Source: Candidatus Poribacteria bacterium (GTDB lineage: Bacteria; Poribacteria; WGA-4E; WGA-3G). Taken from it: 64,000 nucleotides of DNA. The translations under genes were made by a program, and so were the position numbers. The notes below the pieces were generated by a model. It worked only from the letters and a program-made list of their open reading frames with translations, ran no database searches and was not told the origin of the DNA. This document shows positions 9,138-20,120 of the stretch, piece after piece (within the stretch, counting starts at the first letter, position 1; every line of letters starts with the position of its first letter). Location of the stretch: positions 1,216,001-1,280,000 of the forward strand of contig CBDANF010000002.1 of NCBI GenBank assembly GCA_965197475.1, in the 5' to 3' direction.

Positions 9138-11072
9138 ATGAAATTTGTCAACTATTGTCTGCTTATAACTTTTGCCATTTTAACAGTTGCGCAAATCGGT
9201 TGTTTATCCGGTGGTGCGATGGGAACTGCGGAAAAATTAGTTGAGGTGAAAGACTACCGCGGAGCGATAGAAGTTTATCAAAGTGTTGTGGACACCAAAC
9301 CCGGTACTCCAGATGCTCATCAAGCTCTACTTGCCATTGGTAAACTCTCCATTGAGCACATGAATCAACCTTCACAAGCCATTAAGGCTTTTCAAGCAAT
9401 CATCACAGAAGTACCGGAAAGCGATCTAGCTGCAGACGCACGCTACAGCCTCGGAATGCACTACTATCAACAAAAAGATTTTGACGCAGCACAAATTCAA
9501 TTCGATACTATTGTTAACCAATTCCCTAATCTTGAGTTAAGTCACAACGCGCAGCTAATGCTGGCAAAAAGCTATGAGGAAGGGCAAAAATATGAACAAG
9601 CTGTGGAAGTCTTTGATAATTTTGCCAACCGTAACCCGCATAGTGAACGAGCTGTGCAAGCCCTTGCTAATAAAGCGCGGATACAGCGCAAAATCCTTAA
9701 AGATGATGACGAAGCGAAACGCACACTTCAATTTTTGGTTAAAAAGTATGGGAACATTGATGAGGCAAAGTTTCACATTGACAAAGCAAAAGAAGAACTA
9801 AATGAACTCAATGCAGAAATCCCGGAACCAGAAAATCCTGAAGACACACAGCTCGGGCGAGCGATTGCAAGACGAAAAGCACGCCGTGAAATGGATCGCC
9901 CTAAAGATGTTGAAAAAAGTCCGGTCATGAAAACCGACACTTCTGTAGAAGACTCCGGTTTTGGAATTGCCGCAGAGGATATAATGAGAAACTTTGGTGG
10001 TGATACTGCTATTGCGGGAGACGAAGAAGGTACCTATTACGATGCCGAACTGATGATCGCGGGATTCTTTTACGGTGACGAAAACTTTCGTGATGCAGGT
10101 GTGTTATACTTTGATGGAATTGCACGTGCAGAGGCAGAAAAGGTGAAAATTGACCCGTACAATTACGTACGTCTCTCAATTTGTTACCGAAAACTCGGGA
10201 TGCATCAAAAGGCAGCAAAAGTCCTTGAAAAAGCATCCAAGAAAGATAGCAAAGTAATTGATTCGGTAATCACTACTGGCGAGACTCAATTTACGAATGA
10301 GGAATATGAAAAAGCACTCGAAACTTTTACCTCTGTTGCCGGCTTGAATCGGAACAAAGATGGAGAAATATATTGGTATCTTGGAAAGACGTATGAAATG
10401 CTTGGAGATTACGAAAAAGAGAGAGATTCTTTTGAACGAGCTGTCGCAATAAATCCTGAGGATACGGATGCGTTGCAAAGCCTCGCGGAAGTACTGGCGT
10501 TTCGTTTAAAAGATCGGAAAACTGCCGGTATTTTCCAAGACCTCGTTGATCAGAAAAAGGATTCTTTCATTACACTGAAAACTCTTGGAGACGTTTGTTA
10601 TAAACACGGTGAATACAATAAAGCACAGATCAAGTATAAAGCTGCTGCCAGAACCGCAAAACGTCTTTTGGATCAGTCAGAAAATGTTGCGGAAAAAAAG
10701 ATTCTGACGCATCAATACGGTTATGGAACTCTTCTTGCTGCAATCGCAATCTTCAAATCAGGTAGAGAAGAGGACGCGCAAAAGATGATTGACACTTTTG
10801 CTAATCAATATCCCGATCACCCACTGCTTCCTTATGCAAAAGGTGAGATTGCACTAATCAAAGGCGACGAGAAAGTTGCCGTTGATGCTTTCAAAGAATC
10901 TATTGAGAAAGACCCACGCTTAGATATTCCTGTGATAGCTCTTGGGGATTATTATGTGTCTAAAGGTTACAATGACGAAGCTATCACGCTATGGGAAAAC
11001 TATCTAGAAAAGGATAAGTACAATGCTAAAGTACTCCGCCGGTTAAAACCGTTAAAAGGAAACGGCGAGTAA
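9138..11072 (+). CDS. TPR-repeat (lipo)protein
   Basis: Signal peptide with QIGC lipobox-like Cys, followed by many TPR helices. Confidence 0.8.
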   Translation: MKFVNYCLLITFAILTVAQIGCLSGGAMGTAEKLVEVKDYRGAIEVYQSVVDTKPGTPDAHQALLAIGKLSIEHMNQPSQAIKAFQAIITEVPESDLAADARYSLGMHYYQQKDFDAAQIQFDTIVNQFPNLELSHNAQLMLAKSYEEGQKYEQAVEVFDNFANRNPHSERAVQALANKARIQRKILKDDDEAKRTLQFLVKKYGNIDEAKFHIDKAKEELNELNAEIPEPENPEDTQLGRAIARRKARREMDRPKDVEKSPVMKTDTSVEDSGFGIAAEDIMRNFGGDTAIAGDEEGTYYDAELMIAGFFYGDENFRDAGVLYFDGIARAEAEKVKIDPYNYVRLSICYRKLGMHQKAAKVLEKASKKDSKVIDSVITTGETQFTNEEYEKALETFTSVAGLNRNKDGEIYWYLGKTYEMLGDYEKERDSFERAVAINPEDTDALQSLAEVLAFRLKDRKTAGIFQDLVDQKKDSFITLKTLGDVCYKHGEYNKAQIKYKAAARTAKRLLDQSENVAEKKILTHQYGYGTLLAAIAIFKSGREEDAQKMIDTFANQYPDHPLLPYAKGEIALIKGDEKVAVDAFKESIEKDPRLDIPVIALGDYYVSKGYNDEAITLWENYLEKDKYNAKVLRRLKPLKGNGE

Positions 11073-11139
11073 AAAACACATTCGATTACCCTAATGAAGA
11101 TTGTAACTTCATGAAATAATCTGTAATGAGAAAAGTTTT

Positions 11140-11179
11140 CGTGTGTTAAGCAGGTTTTTTAAAACCTGCTTAACACACG
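11140..11179. terminator. Long perfect hairpin downstream of TPR gene
   Basis: CGTGTGTTAAGCAGGTTTT-TT-AAAACCTGCTTAACACACG, a 19-bp perfect inverted repeat. Confidence 0.6.
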
Positions 11180-11246
11180 GTTTGTAAGAAACTCCACATT
11201 ACAATAGGACTCCGAAATTCTACGTTTACTATTTTTTCAAAAAAAC

Positions 11247-11275
11247 TTGACGTTTAACCGTAAATTATGTATAAT
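11247..11275 (+). promoter_or_regulatory. Sigma70-type promoter of rho
   Basis: TTGACG-17 bp-TATAAT. Confidence 0.75.
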
Positions 11276-11701
11276 ATACATTGATATGATTCAATCAATG
11301 GATCAAACATTCGGTCCCGACACAAAAGGATGTCAAATTCCTGCCAACACTTTCAGACGGACCCCAAAAACAAACCCAAATTCTGCTTTCTGTCAGACAG
11401 GTACCCTCCAAAACATATCGGATGCAACTGCTGGCTGTTGTTTGCCCACGGGGCACGATGAAAATTTGCCCTACGATGTATAATACGTTCCAAAAATACA
11501 TTTTTATTCAATTTTATATTTACTCCGGCATCATAGACCGGGATATCTTTACTATATTGAGACAGTTCGCAGCATCTTGCGATTTCTGTCAGATTCACAA
11601 GTATTCACCTGATTCTGTTTTTTATATTTCGCGTTGACGTAGCAATGTTTGCGCACCAAAAATCTCAAATGGAGACAGGTATTACTGAGGAGTATGAAAC
11701 T

Positions 11702-13063
11702 ATGGAGAGCTTGGAAATAGGCAAGCTCCAAGAAATGGAGATTTCAGCCCTAAATACCCTGGCACAATCCTACGGTATTGAAGACAGTAATGGATTACAG
11801 ATACAGAAGGATGAACTCATTACTCGGATTCTTGAACAGGCCACTGAACAAAATATACCTCTTTATGGAAAAGGGGTGTTGCAGATTTTAGATGGCCGAG
11901 ATCAGAACTACGGTTTTCTTAGGTCTCCGCGTTCTAATTATTTGCAGAGTGATGAAGATATTTATGTTTCTCATTCACAAATACGTTTGTTTGGTTTGCA
12001 AACCGGACATGTTGTTGAAGGTTTGATCCGTCCTCCTAAGAAACCGGAGAACAAAATAGAACATAAGAAACCGGAGAACAAAACAGAACGTTACTATGCT
12101 TTGTTACAGATTGAGAAAGTCAACGGTCAACCACCGGAATTAGTTAAGGCCAGAATCCCCTTTGACAGTCCAATGCCGGTTTTTCCCTATGAACAGTTTA
12201 AACTTGAACACAAACCCTCCGAATTCGGTACGCGTATTATTGACCTCATAGCACCCATCGGTAAAGGACAGCGAGGTTTAATTGTTGCACCACCTTATTG
12301 TGGAAAAACAACCTTACTCAAAAATATCGCCTGCGGTATTGAATCGAATCATCCGGAAACTTCACTCATCTTTTTACTAATTGATGAACGACCAGAAGAG
12401 GTTACCGATGTTATCCGGACGGTTAAAGGTGAAGTCATCAGTTCTACCTTTGACGAACCCCCCGAACGACACATACAGGTTTCAGATATGGCACTCGAAA
12501 AAGCCAAACGCATGGTTGAATGCGGGCAAGATGTTGTGATCTTACTTGACAGTATGACTCGTCTTGCAAGGGCACACAATATAACAACACCACACAGTGG
12601 GAAAACCCTTACGGGTGGGTTAGATGCTATGGCGTTTGTGAAACCCCGCCGATTCTGCGGTGCTGCACGCAAGTTTGAGGAGGGTGGAAGCTTAACGATT
12701 ATTGCTTCTGTTCTTGTTGATACTGAAAGCCGATCCGATACTTACATCTATGAGGAATTCAAAGGTACAGCCAACATGGAAATCCACATGGATCGTACTT
12801 TGTTAGAACTACAGATTTTTCCAGCCATCAACATTGGAAAATCAAGAACCCGTCGTGAAGAACTGTTGTTAAAACCTGATGTCCTTAACATGGTTTGGGC
12901 TTTGCGAAAGTTCACAAGCCCGATGAGTCCAGCTGAATCAATGCAACTTTTAATTAAAGAGTTCGGCAAGACTGAGACGAATGAGGAATTTCTTAAAAAT
13001 ATGGTCGAAGATGCTGGACAAACAGGAAAACAGCGTTCACAATCATCCAGAGCTGGAAAATGA
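11702..13063 (+). CDS. rho: Transcription termination factor Rho
   Basis: [62 protein letters not shown] before ATG 11702. Confidence 0.96.
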   Translation: MESLEIGKLQEMEISALNTLAQSYGIEDSNGLQIQKDELITRILEQATEQNIPLYGKGVLQILDGRDQNYGFLRSPRSNYLQSDEDIYVSHSQIRLFGLQTGHVVEGLIRPPKKPENKIEHKKPENKTERYYALLQIEKVNGQPPELVKARIPFDSPMPVFPYEQFKLEHKPSEFGTRIIDLIAPIGKGQRGLIVAPPYCGKTTLLKNIACGIESNHPETSLIFLLIDERPEEVTDVIRTVKGEVISSTFDEPPERHIQVSDMALEKAKRMVECGQDVVILLDSMTRLARAHNITTPHSGKTLTGGLDAMAFVKPRRFCGAARKFEEGGSLTIIASVLVDTESRSDTYIYEEFKGTANMEIHMDRTLLELQIFPAINIGKSRTRREELLLKPDVLNMVWALRKFTSPMSPAESMQLLIKEFGKTETNEEFLKNMVEDAGQTGKQRSQSSRAGK

Positions 13064-13163
13064 GAATTACGTCCTAATGTGCCATAAGTTTTTAGACATC
13101 TTTATCTGATCTTAACGGAGATATTAATTGAAAATTATGAGATAACGCTCGGAACAAGTTCCA

Positions 13164-13262
13164 GTAGGTTGGGTAGAACGGAAACCACAATAAAATGAGG
13201 TGCTAAAAAGAAGTTGATGCCTCATTTAAACTGAAATTTCCGAAAAATGAGTGAAACCCAAC
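13164..13262 (+). repeat. GTAGGTTGGG-type REP/REPIN-like element
   Basis: GTAGGTTGGGTAGAACG...GTGAAACCCAAC. Related copies at 20061-20090 (inverted) and 25741-25773. Confidence 0.6.
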
Positions 13263-13360
13263 TCTCTTATTTTCTCTTCTACTTACACTTGGTATCTAAT
13301 ATTGAACTCACGCGTTATTACTAACGACCTAAATACACTAATGAAAAAAGGAGCAATTTT

Positions 13361-13573
13361 ATGAAACCTGAAATCCACCCAGAGATAACAGAATGCACTA
13401 TCAATTGCGTTTGTGGTGCTACATATCAAACGGTTACAATCCAATCAGAGATGCGTGTAGACGTTTGTGCGAAATGTCACCCATTTTACACGGGACAACA
13501 AACACGTTTTATTGATACTGCTGGACGCGTTGAGAGTTTCCGTCGTCGTTATGGACTCACTGATAAGTCGTAA
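13361..13573 (+). CDS. rpmE: 50S ribosomal protein L31 (Zn-binding type)
   Basis: [35 protein letters not shown]. Confidence 0.96.
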   Translation: MKPEIHPEITECTINCVCGATYQTVTIQSEMRVDVCAKCHPFYTGQQTRFIDTAGRVESFRRRYGLTDKS

Positions 13574-13727
13574 CATTTCGAAAATAGAATGGATTATCCA
13601 AGCTTTCTCATAGTTTATTTCAATCGCGCAATTCATAGGGTTTAACAGTCTACAGATTCGTTTGACGCAGTGGAAGCCCAAAGCCAAATTTATGAGATGT
13701 AAAGTAATCTCAGCCAAGGGAATTGAA

Positions 13728-14798
13728 ATGTTCGATAAACTCAAAGACATTCAAAATAAATATATAGATGTCGAAAAATCATTAAGTGATCCTGTACAAA
13801 TTTCCAATCCTCAACGTCTGCAGGAACTTTCAAAGATGCACGCTGAACTTTCGCCTATTGTGTCTGCATATAAGGATTATCAACAGATGGAAACTGCAAT
13901 CGAAGAAACAGAGACACTGTTAGTAGATGAGAGTGATGCAGACATGTTGGAGTTAGCTCAAGAGGAGATGAATAGTCTCAAGAAGCAAAAAGAGGAACTG
14001 ACAGAAACACTCAAGATGCTTCTTATCCCAAAAGACCCGAATGATGATAAAAATGTTATTATAGAAATCCGAGCTGGTACTGGCGGAGAGGAAGCGAGCC
14101 TTTTTGCAGCAGAAATATTTCGCTTGTACACCCGATATGCAGAAAGAAAAGGCTGGAAAGTCGAAATGCTCAGCGCAAATGCTACCGGGTTGAAAGGATT
14201 TAAAGAGGTCATTTTTTCAATTGAAGGGAAAGCTGCTTATAGTCATCTCAAATATGAAGGCGGAATTCACCGTGTCCAACGAATTCCTGCCACCGAAACA
14301 AGCGGACGAATTCACACCTCTGCTGCCACAGTTGCTGTGCTTCCTGAAGCGGAAGAACTTGAATTGAAAATTGATGAAGCTGAATTACGGATTGATACCT
14401 ACCGATCTTCGGGACCTGGCGGGCAAAGTGTTAACACTACGGACTCTGCTATCCGCATTACGCATATCCCAACAGGTATAATTGTAACCCAACAGGACGA
14501 AAAATCGCAGCACAAAAATCGCGCAAAGGCGATGAAGATCCTCCGAGCACGACTCCAAGAAAGAAAACAAGCGGAGCAGGATAGCGAGCGCGCGGAAACC
14601 CGCCGATCCATGGTTGGTAGTGGGGACAGGAGCGAAAAAATTCGCACATATAACTTCCCGCAATCTCGTGTTACGGATCACCGTATCCAGTTTAGCACTT
14701 ATCAGTTAGATGCTGTTTTAGATGGCGAATTAGATCAGTTTATTGAGCGGTTAACAACTGCTGACCAAGCTGAAATGTTAAAAAACGAAGAAAACTAA
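13728..14798 (+). CDS. prfA: Peptide chain release factor 1
   Basis: EIRAGTGGEEA, PAT tripeptide (RIPATE), GGQ motif, RTYNFPQSRVTDHRI. Start MFDKL. Confidence 0.96.
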   Translation: MFDKLKDIQNKYIDVEKSLSDPVQISNPQRLQELSKMHAELSPIVSAYKDYQQMETAIEETETLLVDESDADMLELAQEEMNSLKKQKEELTETLKMLLIPKDPNDDKNVIIEIRAGTGGEEASLFAAEIFRLYTRYAERKGWKVEMLSANATGLKGFKEVIFSIEGKAAYSHLKYEGGIHRVQRIPATETSGRIHTSAATVAVLPEAEELELKIDEAELRIDTYRSSGPGGQSVNTTDSAIRITHIPTGIIVTQQDEKSQHKNRAKAMKILRARLQERKQAEQDSERAETRRSMVGSGDRSEKIRTYNFPQSRVTDHRIQFSTYQLDAVLDGELDQFIERLTTADQAEMLKNEEN

Positions 14799-14808
14799 GT
14801 TAAAGGTA

Positions 14809-14830
14809 GTAGGCACGCTCCGCGTGCCGT
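14809..14830 (+). repeat. GTAG-type REP-like palindrome
   Basis: GTAGGCACGCTCCGCGTGCCGT just after the prfA stop. Confidence 0.75.
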
Positions 14831-15044
14831 AACCGAGTAAAATAGCGACAATGCCATAAGTGAGTTATAATTGAGACTTCAAACCAGTTATTATAGGCGC
14901 ACTTTGTAAGCGCGCAGTAATTGAGACTTCAAAATTTGAATCAAGTAAGGACAAAAAACTCACAGGAGCAAGCCTCTTCCGCCTTCCCAATTTTTACCTT
15001 CTCTATCTTACGCTACGGAGTTCCCTGAAATCAGATAAGAATTT

Positions 15045-15914
15045 ATGGCTACCAAAATCTGGCACGTGCTTGAACTCCTTGAGTGGACCACAGGTTATTT
15101 TGAAAAGCATAACATTCCCAACCCCCGATTAGATGCTGAGGTGTTACTCGGACACCTGCTCAAAAAAAGTCGTTTGCAACTCTACCTTCATTTTGATATG
15201 CCAGTTTTTCAGGATGATCTTACGTTGTTCCGAGAACTCATTAAGAAACGAATAGCTCGGACACCGATCAGTTATCTCACGAACCGCAAGGAGTTCCTGT
15301 CGCTGGATTTCTACGTTGATGAAAGAGTGCTTATTCCGCGCCCGGAAACGGAATTTATCGTAGAAACAGTTCTTAAGGCAAAAGGGGAGACCTCCCAACG
15401 TTTATTGGATATAGGTACGGGAAGTGGTGTTATTGCGACTGCCCTCGCGGCCAACAAGCCTGAATGGGAAATTATCGCAACCGATATATCTAAAGATGCG
15501 TTGGCGGTTGCTGAAAAAAATAGAGATGCACATGACTCCACAGAACGTATTACCTTTTTACACGGTGATCTATTTGAACCGATAAAGACCCTACAGTCCA
15601 CACGATTTAATTGGATTGTTTCTAACCCACCCTACGTTATGACCACCGCACACGATACCCTAAGTCCGGATGTCCGTGACTATGAACCGCACATTGCGCT
15701 GTTCGCAGGTGAAGATGGTTTATCTATCATTCGCCGACTGATTGCTGAAGCTCCGAATTACCTCCATCCTGAAGGTAAACTCATTTTTGAAATTGGTGAC
15801 ACACAAGCAGAGTCGGTTAAAGCGTTGCTTGAGCAACAACCTGCATATCAGAATTATCGGTTTATAAAGGATTACGCTGGAAAAGACAGAGTTGTTCTTG
15901 CGAGTGTGAAATAA
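15045..15914 (+). CDS. prmC: Release factor glutamine methyltransferase
   Basis: VLIPRPETE, LDIGTGSG, VSNPPY. Follows prfA. Confidence 0.95.
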   Translation: MATKIWHVLELLEWTTGYFEKHNIPNPRLDAEVLLGHLLKKSRLQLYLHFDMPVFQDDLTLFRELIKKRIARTPISYLTNRKEFLSLDFYVDERVLIPRPETEFIVETVLKAKGETSQRLLDIGTGSGVIATALAANKPEWEIIATDISKDALAVAEKNRDAHDSTERITFLHGDLFEPIKTLQSTRFNWIVSNPPYVMTTAHDTLSPDVRDYEPHIALFAGEDGLSIIRRLIAEAPNYLHPEGKLIFEIGDTQAESVKALLEQQPAYQNYRFIKDYAGKDRVVLASVK

Positions 15915-15960
15915 ACGTGGATATTTTTGACATCTACTTTCCTAACGCACGCGTCAAATA

Positions 15961-17709
15961 CTAATCTGGTCGCAGGCGAGATAACCCAAAAAACAGTAGA
16001 AAAATGACTCCTGTTCCAATTACTATTCCGATCCATGATGGCAAACCCAGCGCGGCTGGAAGATAACCACAAATTAAGGCAATTACAGCGACAGTAAGCG
16101 CATAAGGCATTTGGGTTCTCACATGATGCATCGGATCACAACTACTCACAATCGCACTCAGGATAGTTGTGTCCGAAATTGGCGAACAGTGATCCCCAAA
16201 GATTGCGCCATCCAACACAGCACCAAGACAGATGATTGTTGTGATCCCGTAACTATTACTGTCAAGTAAATATGCTACTGGAATCGCTGTCGGAATAAGA
16301 ATCGCCATCGTCCCCCAACTGGTGCCGGTCGCAAAAGAGGTAAGTGATGCAACAACAAAAACAAGTGCCGGAAACCATAATGGAGACACCACATCACTGA
16401 GTATTGATGCGATAAACTGTCCTGTCAGCAGTTTATCACAACTCGCTTTTATGCCCCACGCACATAATATAATTCCTATCGGTAGGAGCGTTCCTGAAAG
16501 TCCCTCTTTGACAGCCTTGCCAATTTCTGGAAAAGACATTTTAGAAAACAGACGCGCGCAAACGATTGCGGCAACGAAAGCAGTTATGGCAGAACTGGCG
16601 AGTATTTTGACATTATTCGCATTTGAAAGTGCATCCCGCCACGAAGTCAAGTAGTAAATAGGTTTTGAAAACACAAATTGCCACATTGACAAAGAGAAAA
16701 GAGATGTGTTTTCTTGCGGATCTATACTTAAGCCATTAAGAAATTCATTCCTGTGGCCGTCTATCCATAATCCACCAAGAATCAACCCAAAAAGAAGTGA
16801 CAATGGAATAACCGCTGAAAAAATCTGTGTATTACCGTTTGTTGTGCTAACATTTGCTGCAATACCACCCATAACTTTCGCATCGGGAGCTGAAACATTT
16901 CCGGTGTCCCGAGCACGGGTTTGCGCACTCCGCATCATTCCGTAATCCCTTCCGCTGAGGGTATTAATAAGAACGAAGATGATGGTTAAAATACAATAGA
17001 AGCGGAACGGCAGCGCATCAAAGAACATAGAATAGCCATCACTCGCTAAGCCTATATTTTCTGCAACTCCGTCAAACAGTCCCACCTCATACCCGATCCA
17101 TGTGCTAACGAAGGCAAGTCCAGCAATCGGTGCACTGGTAGAATCTACAATATACGCTAACTTTTCACGACTTACTTTATAACGATCGGTGATGGGGCGC
17201 ATCGTAGGACCAACGAGCATTGCGTTGCTGTAGTCGCCGATGAAAATAATTGTTCCCATCACAGCAGTGATGAATTGGGTAGAACGGGGTCCCCTTGCAA
17301 GGTGAGATAAAAGTGAAATAGCACTCGCAATTCCTCCAGACGCAATTACCACGGAAATCATAGACATCATGAACAGCACAAAGAGGATTACCCAGATGTT
17401 GAATAAGTCAATGCCATCATTCGTAACAGTAACTGCACGAGCAAACCAATAAACCTCCAATACAAACGCTTTCAATGACAACTGTTGCTGGCTCCATGCA
17501 AGGATAATTCCTGCCCCCACTGCTACGCCAAGACTCAAAAACAGACGCGTTGTTATCACGGCCAATGTGATTGCAATCAGCGGCGGAATAACGCTATACC
17601 ACACAACTATCCCATCATCTGTTGTGACATTCGGAAACTGCCACATCAGCACAATGCATATCGCTAATAAGATTGGCACACATATCAGGGTTTTATGTTT
17701 GTAGTTCAA
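15961..17709 (-). CDS. Na+/H+ antiporter NhaC-family membrane transporter
   Basis: SREKLAYIVDSTSAP, FATGTSWGTM, GAIFGDHCSPISDTT, HHVRTQMPY. Confidence 0.88.
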   Translation of the reverse strand: MNYKHKTLICVPILLAICIVLMWQFPNVTTDDGIVVWYSVIPPLIAITLAVITTRLFLSLGVAVGAGIILAWSQQQLSLKAFVLEVYWFARAVTVTNDGIDLFNIWVILFVLFMMSMISVVIASGGIASAISLLSHLARGPRSTQFITAVMGTIIFIGDYSNAMLVGPTMRPITDRYKVSREKLAYIVDSTSAPIAGLAFVSTWIGYEVGLFDGVAENIGLASDGYSMFFDALPFRFYCILTIIFVLINTLSGRDYGMMRSAQTRARDTGNVSAPDAKVMGGIAANVSTTNGNTQIFSAVIPLSLLFGLILGGLWIDGHRNEFLNGLSIDPQENTSLFSLSMWQFVFSKPIYYLTSWRDALSNANNVKILASSAITAFVAAIVCARLFSKMSFPEIGKAVKEGLSGTLLPIGIILCAWGIKASCDKLLTGQFIASILSDVVSPLWFPALVFVVASLTSFATGTSWGTMAILIPTAIPVAYLLDSNSYGITTIICLGAVLDGAIFGDHCSPISDTTILSAIVSSCDPMHHVRTQMPYALTVAVIALICGYLPAALGLPSWIGIVIGTGVIFLLFFGLSRLRPD

Positions 17710-17989
17710 AGATTACCTCAAGACAAGCGTAAAAGAGCATTTGATGCACCAGTATTTTGTTTGCATAAAATATCATGAAAGTGTAAAAAAATCAAGATTT
17801 CCTTTTATAAAAATAAAAATTTGTAGACATCTACTTGTAAGCGCGCTGATTGACGGTGTATCGTTAATTGAAAAAATTACTATAGTTTGATTATATCGGT
17901 ATCAAAGTTAATCAAAATCTGCTTGCAATATATCTAATCATATTGTAAAATATGCACAAGTTTTACACAATTTCAGGAGAACCTCCCAA

Positions 17990-18940
17990 ATGCTTAAAGC
18001 TGGATTTATCGGAGCTGGGGGACGCAGCCAAGGTGCGCATTACCCAAGTGTCAACCGTCTTGAAGATGATGTTGAGATGTCCGCAGCGTGTGAACTTGAC
18101 GAGGGAAAACTTGCACAGGTCGCACAAAAATATGAGTTTCCTCACACATTCACCGACCACCGTAAGATGTTGGATACACTCGATTTAGATGTCGTTTATT
18201 GCGTCATGAATGAGAAATGGATTTTGCAACCGGCATTAGACTGTCTGAATGCAGGAAAGCATCTGTTTATAGAAAAACCTCCTGGCGCAACGAGCGATGA
18301 AACACAACAATTGTTGGAAGCAGCAGTAGCGAACGATGTCTACTGTATGGTTGGCTTTCAACGTAGATATGCTGCAGTCACACGAGAAGCAATACGGCGA
18401 GTCTCAGAAAAAGGTCCCGTTTCATTAGCTGTCACAACATTTAACAAGCAGATTCTCGGTGGTAACCGAGAATTCACAACAACGCTTTGGAATGATGTCT
18501 GTCACGTTGTTGATCTACTACGTTATATGGCAGGTGGTGAACCGGTTGAAGTTACAGCACATCGCGACATCTTCGGTGCGGAACAGCGCAACTTCTACAC
18601 CGCTTTTGTTCGTTTTGATAATAATGCCACTGGCGTAGTCTTCGGCAATCGGGCATCAGGCGGACGTGTTCTGCGCTCTGAATTGCATGGAGTCGGTATC
18701 GGATGTTACATGAAAATCCCCGAAGAGATCGAAATTTATGAGAATAACCAAAGGAATGTAATGGGAGGTTGGGAAGTAGACGGCGTTGACCAACGCGATT
18801 CTGCAAGTTACGAAGGTGTGCTTACAATGCATCGCCACTTCGCAGACTGCGTACGGAATAAAAAAGTTCCGCTTACTGATCTTCGTGATGTCATTCATTC
18901 TATTCATCTTGTTGACCAAATAGAGGGTCCCTTACCCTAA
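17990..18940 (+). CDS. Gfo/Idh/MocA family oxidoreductase
   Basis: AGFIGAGG, HLFIEKPP, VGFQRRY. Confidence 0.88.
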   Translation: MLKAGFIGAGGRSQGAHYPSVNRLEDDVEMSAACELDEGKLAQVAQKYEFPHTFTDHRKMLDTLDLDVVYCVMNEKWILQPALDCLNAGKHLFIEKPPGATSDETQQLLEAAVANDVYCMVGFQRRYAAVTREAIRRVSEKGPVSLAVTTFNKQILGGNREFTTTLWNDVCHVVDLLRYMAGGEPVEVTAHRDIFGAEQRNFYTAFVRFDNNATGVVFGNRASGGRVLRSELHGVGIGCYMKIPEEIEIYENNQRNVMGGWEVDGVDQRDSASYEGVLTMHRHFADCVRNKKVPLTDLRDVIHSIHLVDQIEGPLP

Positions 18941-18962
18941 CATAAATTAGGAGGCAAAATAG

Positions 18963-19826
18963 ATGCTTGATGAACGCCATCTCCAGCATCAAATTACTGA
19001 TGAACAACTGTGCGCGTTAAATGCAGATGGGTATTTTATCGTTGAAGACGCACTTCCCTTAGACCTCGTAACCCTACTGGAACAGCGAGTTGACGCTATC
19101 TATCAAGTTCATTTAGATGCTGAATATGACCCCTACACGAAAAAACGGATGACACCGCACGACAATTTTTTCTATCCGAATTTTCTTGGTAAAGACCAAC
19201 TTTTTATCAACGTTTTGGACTGGTATAAAACCTTTCCAAAGGTATGGAGCATTCTGGGATGGAATATCTACTCTTATCATAGTCATTTTATCATCACGCC
19301 ACCCCGACCAACATCAGTGCGTGGTAAAACGTCACCGCTCGGTTGGCATCAAGATAGTGGTCGCGTGAACATTGAAATTGAGAGTTCGCCTCGACCACGT
19401 TTATCTATCAAAGTTGTCTACTGGCTGTCGGACTGCTCAGAGAAAGGGCGCGGGAATTTCTATGTTATTCCAGGGAGCCATTTGTGGGATACATTTGAGA
19501 GACCGAAAGACGGTTCGATTCCCGATGGCGCAACGCCTGTTTGTTGTAAGCTTGGGGATGCAGTCTTTTTTGACCGCCGTATCTGGCATGCACGCAGTCA
19601 AAACGACTCTAATGTCACGCGAAAAGGGCTTTTTTACGGGTACGGTTATAGATGGTTACGCAGCAAAGACGATATGACAATTCCTTCAGAGATTTTTGAG
19701 CAGAATGACCCGATTCGTCAACAACTTCTTGGTGGCGGCACGAATGCGAATGGTCACTTTTCTCCGAAGGATGTTGACGTTCCATTGAAGGTGTGGCTTG
19801 AAGAGAAAGGTGTTATTTCAACATAA
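18963..19826 (+). CDS. Phytanoyl-CoA dioxygenase (PhyH) family protein
   Basis: WHQD (HxD), VIPGSH, GDAVFFDRRIWH. Confidence 0.88.
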   Translation: MLDERHLQHQITDEQLCALNADGYFIVEDALPLDLVTLLEQRVDAIYQVHLDAEYDPYTKKRMTPHDNFFYPNFLGKDQLFINVLDWYKTFPKVWSILGWNIYSYHSHFIITPPRPTSVRGKTSPLGWHQDSGRVNIEIESSPRPRLSIKVVYWLSDCSEKGRGNFYVIPGSHLWDTFERPKDGSIPDGATPVCCKLGDAVFFDRRIWHARSQNDSNVTRKGLFYGYGYRWLRSKDDMTIPSEIFEQNDPIRQQLLGGGTNANGHFSPKDVDVPLKVWLEEKGVIST

Positions 19827-19928
19827 TACCTTGACATTTCGTCAAATCTGTGGTATGTTATAATCGCATCGTGGGTGGAAGGGGACACCAGCCCCTATCC
19901 ATGATGTATTGCACAAAACAACATGGTA

Positions 19929-19950
19929 GCAGGCACGCTCCGCGTGCCGT
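19929..19950 (+). repeat. REP-like palindrome (GCAG variant)
   Basis: GCAGGCACGCTCCGCGTGCCGT, one mismatch to the 14809 copy. Confidence 0.7.
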
Positions 19951-20060
19951 CCGCCGCGCATTTGATGTTGATTTAGATTTCTTGTGGGACAGAACTTTGT
20001 AAGCCCGATAGTTGTCTGAACCTCGGATTATACGGATTTTGCAGATTGCACGGATTTTTT

Positions 20061-20090
20061 GTTGGGTTTCGCAAGCTCTACCCAACCTAC
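20061..20090 (-). repeat. GTAGGTTGGG-type REP-like palindrome
   Basis: GTTGGGTTTCGCAAGCTCTACCCAACCTAC. Confidence 0.7.
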
Positions 20091-20120
20091 GGACTTGTCA
20101 ACATTATTCAGGAGGTTAAT

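Noticed and set aside
14868-14933. Direct repeat TAATTGAGACTTCAAA x2 (period 50) as a possible mini-CRISPR
   Set aside because: Only two 16-bp copies flanking a REP-like palindrome, and no cas genes nearby.
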